A stretch of DNA of 64,000 nucleotides, taken from Nannocystales bacterium (GTDB lineage Bacteria > Myxococcota_A > Polyangia > Nannocystales > Nannocystaceae). Positions within the stretch are counted from its first letter, which is position 1. Each line of letters begins with the position of its first letter. The translations under genes and the position numbers were made by a program. The stretch is taken from the NCBI GenBank assembly GCA_050633305.1, contig JBOEGF010000010.1, positions 640,001 through 704,000 of the forward strand. The letters run 5' to 3'. Below, piece by piece: positions 58,004-64,000 of this stretch. The notes under the pieces were generated by a model that worked only from the letters and a program-made list of their open reading frames with translations, was not told where the DNA came from and did not search any database.

Positions 58004-58599
58004 GTCTCGCGGGCGTCCGCCGCTTGGCCAGCACACTCCGTGAGAGCTTCGCTCAAGGGGGTCCCCACGTACTCCTGCGCGGCGCGGAGCAGCGCGTCTT
58101 GCCACGCCCCGAGTTCGTCACATGCCCATACGGCCGGGTTACAGTAGTCCGACGGCGGGTAGAACTCGGTCGGCAAGCAGTGAGCATCGAGGACTCCCTC
58201 GCAGTCGGCGGTCGACTCGCACTCGCATGTGTTCCCCGCTTCGGTGCAGACGGTGCTCGAGGGCTCGCAGGTCCGGTCGAAGGCTAGGGAGAAGCAGGCT
58301 TCTCCCGAGGGGCAGTCTTCGTCGCTGTCACAGGAGACGCGCGGGCACCCGAAGTGGTTGTACCGCGCCGGCCGGCCGCCACACTCGTAGACGTCGCAGA
58401 GTTCGTCGCCTGCGCACGCCCCATCGCCCTCACAATCCGCTTCGGCGGACGGCGGCTGGTCCTGTCCGTCAGCCTCGCCGGCCGCCTGGGCCGTCGAGCC
58501 TTCCGCATCCTCATCACACCCGGAAAAAACCAAAACCAACGCCGCACACGTCCAGCATGCGGCGACCCAACAAGCCCTCCTGGGCCGTCGCCTATCCAC
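57994..58599 (-). CDS. Small Cys-rich lipoprotein
   Basis: GTG start inferred; lipobox FSGC; repeated C-x5-C modules ('CDSDEDCPSGEAC', 'CESTADC'); overlaps next gene by 10 nt. Confidence 0.65.
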   Translation of the reverse strand: MDRRRPRRACWVAACWTCAALVLVFSGCDEDAEGSTAQAAGEADGQDQPPSAEADCEGDGACAGDELCDVYECGGRPARYNHFGCPRVSCDSDEDCPSGEACFSLAFDRTCEPSSTVCTEAGNTCECESTADCEGVLDAHCLPTEFYPPSDYCNPAVWACDELGAWQDALLRAAQEYVGTPLSEALTECAGQAADARETCS

Positions 58600-58742
58600 G
58601 AGGCGGCAGGGTGCAAACGTTGGGCCACGGAGCAGACCTGCGTGCTTGGCTCGAACCCTCGGCCGTCCTCCCGCGACATCACTGTCACGGCGCGACGTCG
58701 GTGTCGGTGTCGGTGTCGGAGTGAGGGCGAGGTATCTCCGAC

Positions 58743-59717
58743 TCATTCGCTGCCCGCGATGCTTCCGAACCACGCATCGGCGGAGCCGTCCCCGAAGCGA
58801 ACATAGCCGTCCCACGCACCGCCGCCCGGGGCGACGACGAGGAGCAGGCCCCTCACGGCCGAGCGTTTCATCCATCCAGCGTCGGTCTCGGCGTCCCCCT
58901 CGGGAAAAAGTCGTTCCTTTGCGAGCAGACCTAGAAGCCCTACGATCTGCTCGTCGGTCGGGAGCCGGTCGAGGGGAGGTGGCTCTGCGCCGTCTCCGAG
59001 TTCGATCGCGAGAGGAGTCACGCCCAGCAACGCGGACTCGACAGTGAGTTCCAGGGCCCATCCGTCGTTCCATGCTGCAGCGCCACTGCGCGCGTGCACT
59101 TTGTTGGCGGTAGGTTCGCAGTCTGAGCGTCGCCTGCGAGACGCCGCAACCTTGGCTTCCAGATGGACGGGTTGGTCCATAGGGAGGAAGAGCCGGCGGG
59201 CGCCACGAAGTGCACTCAGATCCCAGTCGGGCGGCCCCGACTGCAACAGGGCCTCGACCATCGCATCCATACGAAGAGACGGAGGCCGCACAGGTTCCTC
59301 TCCCCAGCGTTGGCGGTAGCCGTTCATGACCAGCCAACCCGACGCGAATCCCAGCGATGGCAGGTGACGGCCCCACCCGAGTTGACTGAGAATGCAAACC
59401 TCGCTTCCCGCAAGTTCGCCGAGGTTGGAGAACTCCCTGCCCCAATCATCCAATGCGGCGCAGAAGCTCGACCACGATCGGTTGATGCCCTGATCCTCGA
59501 ACGTCGAGCTGGTGCGACCCGGCAACGCCGTGCTGAGTTCGGCGTGGAGCGCCTCGATGAGGCTCGGGGTCAACACCGAGTCGCTCGATTCGACACATCG
59601 GGCAACCCGGTCCATTCCCGCCGCCACCGCGAACTCGAACCGCGTACGGTCCAACTCCCCGAGCAGCGGCGACCTTTGTTCGAGTGTGTAGAGCGTCTCG
59701 GCCAGTGCGTCGAACAT
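58743..59717 (-). CDS. Hypothetical protein, N-terminal region resembling a degenerate Fic/Fido domain
   Basis: 'LTPSLIEALHAEL' and 'LVMNGYRQRWGEEPV..MVEAL..DLSAL' resemble Fido helices; catalytic HPFxxGNGR absent. Confidence 0.5.
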   Translation of the reverse strand: MFDALAETLYTLEQRSPLLGELDRTRFEFAVAAGMDRVARCVESSDSVLTPSLIEALHAELSTALPGRTSSTFEDQGINRSWSSFCAALDDWGREFSNLGELAGSEVCILSQLGWGRHLPSLGFASGWLVMNGYRQRWGEEPVRPPSLRMDAMVEALLQSGPPDWDLSALRGARRLFLPMDQPVHLEAKVAASRRRRSDCEPTANKVHARSGAAAWNDGWALELTVESALLGVTPLAIELGDGAEPPPLDRLPTDEQIVGLLGLLAKERLFPEGDAETDAGWMKRSAVRGLLLVVAPGGGAWDGYVRFGDGSADAWFGSIAGSE

Positions 59718-59898
59718 CTCCGTCCCGGCATAACACGGATGTTGCAGAAGAAGCCGGGCGGGGGTGGACCACGCTCGGCTCACCCACGAGTTTGACGAAA
59801 TGTCGGCTCGTTCCTCTCAACATGTCCGAGGCGCCGGGCGCTGGTGTCGACCCGGTGCGGACGGGTTGTCACGCCACGAGGCGTGATATGGGTCCGAC

Positions 59899-60555
59899 GT
59901 GAAGGTTGGTCGGCATTCCATCCTACGAGTCGGCACCGTCTTGGCGGCAGAACGGCGGTTGTTGTTTGCGCCTGCCGACGCGGTCTCTTGGACAGTCGCG
60001 CAGGAAGACGGATGGTCTGCGATGCTGGAGGTGGGCGAAGACATCCGATCCACGATGGCGTCGGCGTACATCAACGACGCTGCCGCAAACGTCGCGCTCT
60101 CGGGTTTTTTGACGGAGTTGACCAGGCGGTTGATGAACGAAGCGGTCGTGTTCAACGACTTCAGGGAGGTCGACACGCACCTGCGCGCGACGACGACGGT
60201 CCACGTCGTGTCCTCGGCCCATCGCGTGTCGGTCCAGCTCCGGGCGCCGGACCCCTCGGACGCATGGGACCAGGGAGACTCGGTGTTCGTTCGGCCCGCC
60301 GAAATTGGGGGCGAGGTTTGGCTCGAGGTGTACGCTGTCGCGGCTGGACTCTCGGACCTGTCCCCGGAGGAAGCGTTCGAACTGAGCCAGAGGATGCGGT
60401 GGTGTGAAGTGACCTGTGGCGCGACGAACTATCACGTCCGCTTTCAGCTACCGCTGAGCTTCGTGACGGCCGAACGACTCAACGAGATGATGTTCGAGGT
60501 CCTCGACGGCGTGGAGTGGATGATGGACGTCGCGATGGAGCGCGCGGAAGCATAG
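59899..60555 (+). CDS. Hypothetical protein
   Basis: 218-aa ORF with coding-like composition and alternating beta/alpha pattern; family not recognised. Confidence 0.6.
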   Translation: MKVGRHSILRVGTVLAAERRLLFAPADAVSWTVAQEDGWSAMLEVGEDIRSTMASAYINDAAANVALSGFLTELTRRLMNEAVVFNDFREVDTHLRATTTVHVVSSAHRVSVQLRAPDPSDAWDQGDSVFVRPAEIGGEVWLEVYAVAAGLSDLSPEEAFELSQRMRWCEVTCGATNYHVRFQLPLSFVTAERLNEMMFEVLDGVEWMMDVAMERAEA

Positions 60556-60849
60556 TTCCCGCCTCACGGGCATCGCAGCTGGCGCGGGTTCTGCTCCAGC
60601 GCGAATGTGCGCGGGCAGGGATGCGTAGAGACTTCAAGTCGTGCTCGACGCTGCCCTGCTGTGCGTGTTCCGAGTGGTCCGGTCCCAGATCTCGACAACT
60701 GATCTCCTCAGGGGCGAGTTCGAAGGCAAGTGGTCCCCAAGCCGTCGAGGCGTACATACGCGGGGGGGTCGTGCACGGCCACTCAGCGTTACTTGTGGTG
60801 CAACCCACTACGTGCCCAGTGTCGGGGTCGAGCAGGACCCGATCCGGGG

Positions 60850-60985
60850 CGTACGACCTTCCGGAGCCCGAAACTGTGTTGGCCAAGCTTCCTGCCTGGT
60901 TCGACGACTGCAACGAACATCAGCCCCACAAGGCCCTGATGTCAAACGAACTGAAAACGTGTCCGGTTTTCGGGGGCAACTCCCA
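60850..60985 (+). mobile_element. IS3-family (IS2-like) remnant: transposase C-terminal fragment plus right inverted repeat
   Basis: Translates 'DLPEPETVLAKLPAWFDDCNEHQPHKAL' (decayed W..YN...PH.AL integrase-core end), followed by TGTCCGGTTTTCGGGGGCAACTCCCA ending in CA. Confidence 0.7.
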
Positions 60986-61005
60986 ATCGACGGCCCACGG
61001 CTTCT

Positions 61006-63318
61006 CTACAAACCCTGTAGAAGCTCCACCGCCGCGGCGCTGGCCTCCGGAAGGGTCTCCGGGTGTTCGACCAGCGCGTTGAGGCGGTCGCGGGCCGCTC
61101 CTTTCGAGCCGGCGCTGATCTCGATTCGCGCGAGCACGAGGTGTGCACCCCCAGCGTATTGCTGCGGAACATTCCATCGCAACGCCGCCTCGGCCTCGCG
61201 CCGGGCCTGTTCGGTGTTCCCCAGCGCCTCGTGCTGCTCGGCCATCGCGGACCGAGCCGCCGTCGCGCCTGGGTGCTCGGGTCCACCGTAGGCCTCGAAC
61301 CGCTCCCGCACCATCTCGAGTTCGCGAAGCGCCGCCGCGTGGGCACCACGAGCGGAGTAGATCTGCGACAAGTTGAAACGAACGGCGGCGAGGTCGGGGC
61401 TGTCGGGTTGCTGGGCCAAGATCGCATCCCGTAGCCGCACCTGGACCTCTTCGGCTTCGTCCACCCGACCCAGCATGAGCAGCGCGCTGCCGAGACCTTG
61501 AAGGGCGTGCGTGAAGATGAGCGAGTTCCTCGACACGCCGTCGAGCTTCTCGAACACCCGCTCGTAGTCTTCGGCCGCGGCTTCGAGGTCGCCCAGAGCT
61601 TGCTTGGCATCGCCCCGCCCTGCATACAGCTGCTCCCAGCTCGCCAGGCTCGTGTCCTCGGAAAAGGACCCCTCCGCTTGGTCGTAGAACGTGACCGCAG
61701 CTTTGAACGCTCCCGTCGAACCAGCGTAGCGCCCCTCGAGCATCAGCAGTTCGGCCTGGGCCGGGGGGTCCTCGCGACGACCCGCTGCCTCGCGAGCCCG
61801 TTCCATCCAGACTTCGGCCGCGAACGTGTCTCCGAGGAATGTCGCCGCGGAGTACGAGAGCCGGTCGGCGGCGTGAAACGCCATCACTGCGTCCTCGCCA
61901 CGAATCGCCAGATGATAGGCGTCGCGATACAACCGGTCCGCACCATCGGCATTCCCGGCTCGCTGTTCGAAGACACCCAGGTACAGCGCAGCGCCAGCCT
62001 CCACGCGGCGGTTGCCAGACGCGAGGGCGGCCTCGCGAGTGCCGCGAACGCGATCCAACAGCAACGCCCCGTGCTCGGCCCAAGTGCCCAAGTGCTGGCT
62101 CGCTTCGATCTCGAGTCGGAGGGACTTGAAGGCCGTGTCCAAGGCTGTCTGCGGAGGGACATCGAGCCCGTCCCCATCGTCACAGGACCGTGGGTTGGGG
62201 AGGCCGTCGAGCACGAGGAATGCATCGGCGGTATCGGGCGTGGCCGCAATCGCCGTCATGACTGTTCGCCAATGCATCCGCGCCGTCTCCAGACACTGTT
62301 GCTGTGGCTCGGCGGCGTCTTCGCAGAACACGGAGGCAGAGGCGTTCCAAGCATCGACAAAGGTCTCCGCGTCTTCCCGGAGGTCGGCAGCGAGGGACTC
62401 GGGAGGTTCGAGCTGTGGTGGTGTGCACGACTCCTGAGCGTTCGCTGTGGCGAGCTGCAGCCCCAGCGCGCCAAGGAGGGCGAGTCCGATCACCAGCGGT
62501 GCACCGCGGCGCTTCGGCACAAGCGCGCGAAGCAGGATCTCGACGCTCGGACACCGAGACGCTGCGACTGGCTGCGAGCCCCACCGGAGCGCTTCGTCGA
62601 GTTGCCACGACAGCCGCCGGGTGCCCAGCGCCGCCCGAAGCGACACGCACAACGCGTAGACATCCGCCCGCTCGTCGATCGGCTCTCCGCGCTCTTGCTC
62701 CGGTGGCATGAACCCCGGGGTTCCATGAGTTCCAAAGTCGACCACGCGCACCCGGCCGTCGCCATCCAACAAGATGTTGGCAGGCTTGAAGTCGCGATGG
62801 AGAATCCCCGCAGCGTGGGCGGCCTGGAGCGCGGAGGCGGCCTGCTGAAACTTGTCCAAGATCTCTTCGAGTTCCCGAGGAGCCGCAGCAAGCCAAGCCT
62901 CGAGCGTCCCTCCGGGGAGAAACTCCATCACCACGTAGACAACGTCGTCGGCAGGAATCGCTCCCGAAGCGAACACCCTGACCACCCCGGGATGGACGAG
63001 TCCGGCCACGCGCCGACTCTCCCGCAGATGCACTCGTGCTCCGCCCGACGCCGCGATGTCGCCCTCCGCATCGGCGCGCAGCACCTTCACCGCGGCCGCC
63101 CGTTCCAGCACCGGGTCCCATGCTCGATACACGACGCCCAGTCCACCGCTCCCAAGACGTTCATGAACCTCGTAGCGATCGAGGACGACCGGCTTCGCTG
63201 CGTCGGTTCCAAACAGACGGCGAGCCAGCAGGGCCTTCGCACGTTGCTCGTCCAGGGAGAGCTTCGCGCGGCGGCCTCCATCGAACGTAGGGCCCAAGGC
63301 CTGGGGGGCGTCGCTCAT
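61006..63318 (-). CDS. Membrane Ser/Thr protein kinase with TPR repeats and a very short activation segment
   Basis: GGAG RBS; GSGGLG, AAVK, HRDFKPAN, DFGTHGTPGFMPPE; TM 'LVIGLALLGALGL'; TPR-like helices. Confidence 0.88.
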   Translation of the reverse strand: MSDAPQALGPTFDGGRRAKLSLDEQRAKALLARRLFGTDAAKPVVLDRYEVHERLGSGGLGVVYRAWDPVLERAAAVKVLRADAEGDIAASGGARVHLRESRRVAGLVHPGVVRVFASGAIPADDVVYVVMEFLPGGTLEAWLAAAPRELEEILDKFQQAASALQAAHAAGILHRDFKPANILLDGDGRVRVVDFGTHGTPGFMPPEQERGEPIDERADVYALCVSLRAALGTRRLSWQLDEALRWGSQPVAASRCPSVEILLRALVPKRRGAPLVIGLALLGALGLQLATANAQESCTPPQLEPPESLAADLREDAETFVDAWNASASVFCEDAAEPQQQCLETARMHWRTVMTAIAATPDTADAFLVLDGLPNPRSCDDGDGLDVPPQTALDTAFKSLRLEIEASQHLGTWAEHGALLLDRVRGTREAALASGNRRVEAGAALYLGVFEQRAGNADGADRLYRDAYHLAIRGEDAVMAFHAADRLSYSAATFLGDTFAAEVWMERAREAAGRREDPPAQAELLMLEGRYAGSTGAFKAAVTFYDQAEGSFSEDTSLASWEQLYAGRGDAKQALGDLEAAAEDYERVFEKLDGVSRNSLIFTHALQGLGSALLMLGRVDEAEEVQVRLRDAILAQQPDSPDLAAVRFNLSQIYSARGAHAAALRELEMVRERFEAYGGPEHPGATAARSAMAEQHEALGNTEQARREAEAALRWNVPQQYAGGAHLVLARIEISAGSKGAARDRLNALVEHPETLPEASAAAVELLQGL

Positions 63319-63358
63319 ACGAGGCTCCGCCTGCTTACCGGTTTGGTAGGCTTCGCGA

Positions 63359-63937
63359 GTGGGGACAGACTTCGAGCTGTGGCGCGCATGGCGAGATGGA
63401 GACCAAGCCTCCGGCGGCACGCTGGTCGAGCGACACTTTGCATCGGTTTACCGCTTCTTCGCGACCAAAGTGCCCGATGCCGCCGACGACCTCACCCAGG
63501 CCACGTTCACCGCTTGCGTCGAAACCGCGGAGCGCTTCCGGGCAGAGTCCAGCTTCCGTTCGTTTCTCTTGGGCATCGCTCGGCTCCAGCTCCTTCGTTT
63601 CTTCGAGGGTCGCGGGCAGCTCATGGGAGGTCGGGCGGTGTCCGAGGTTTCGATGGTGGACTTGATGCCCTCGCCGTTCAGTGCGGCGGCGTGCTCCGAG
63701 CACCGCGCGATGTTGATCGTTGCGATGCGAAAGCTCCCCTTGGATCTGCAGATCGTACTCGAGCTCCACTATTGGGAGGACCTCGAAACCCAAGAGGTCG
63801 CCGACGTCCTGGGTGTTCCGCTGGGAACCGCCAAGAGCCGTCTCTCACGAGCACGCGCCCAACTTCGAGACGTGCTGGGCCGACCGTCGTCGGAGAACTC
63901 CGTCGCAAGTGACCTCCGCGCGACGGTCGAGCGCTGA
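63359..63937 (+). CDS. ECF RNA polymerase sigma factor
   Basis: 'DFELWRAWRDGD..ADDLTQATF..FRSFLLGIAR', 'LELHYWEDL..EVADVLGVPLGTAKSRLSRAR'. Confidence 0.9.
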   Translation: MGTDFELWRAWRDGDQASGGTLVERHFASVYRFFATKVPDAADDLTQATFTACVETAERFRAESSFRSFLLGIARLQLLRFFEGRGQLMGGRAVSEVSMVDLMPSPFSAAACSEHRAMLIVAMRKLPLDLQIVLELHYWEDLETQEVADVLGVPLGTAKSRLSRARAQLRDVLGRPSSENSVASDLRATVER

Positions 63938-64000
63938 CGTCACAACGATCCGGTGCCCTCACACAGGAGCGCTTGTCCGGCCTGCCCGACCGAGCAATTC

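Noticed and set aside
60479..60913. 144-aa minus-strand ORF next to the IS remnant
   Set aside because: No convincing start or motif and overlaps neighbouring features; at most a decayed gene fragment.
61498..63912. 804-aa plus-strand ORF
   Set aside because: Antisense to the TPR kinase and out of frame with the ECF sigma; no motifs.
1..64000. CRISPR array, rRNA, tRNA, prophage or biosynthetic gene cluster
   Set aside because: No regularly spaced repeats, RNA gene signatures, phage structural genes or PKS/NRPS domains were recognised.

Overview
High-GC (roughly 67-69% by eye), gene-dense bacterial chromosomal segment with about 48 CDS and no rRNA, tRNA or CRISPR array that I could recognise. 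The content points to Myxococcota, probably a Nannocystaceae/Plesiocystis-like lineage (inference): five Hanks-type Ser/Thr kinases, three ECF sigma factors, about 14 lipoproteins (many with Ser/Thr/Gly-rich linkers), PEGA, vWA and DUF1552/DUF1592 proteins. Housekeeping genes are rlmKL plus a second stand-alone RlmL-like methyltransferase, gloA, a heterodimeric ABC exporter, a YceF-type Maf, hutU-hutI, and the Fo genes atpZ-atpI / atpB-atpE. A short IS3-family remnant lies near 60.9 kb. The most notable observations are: (1) a FecR-like anti-sigma fused to a TonB-C-like domain, with an in-frame internal RBS/ATG and signal-anchor-like segment just after the GT motif, which may yield a nested TonB-like isoform; (2) repeated leaderless-type promoters (TAnnnT 5-8 nt before start codons); (3) a kinase/ECF divergon whose kinase shares an N-terminal helix with a second kinase; (4) a PHM/DBH-like copper monooxygenase lipoprotein with all six ligands; (5) a Fo operon split by two lipoprotein genes; (6) a histidine kinase with His-to-Arg in the H-box; (7) a degenerate Fic-like gene in a small accessory island. 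All family assignments are by motif recognition, not database search.
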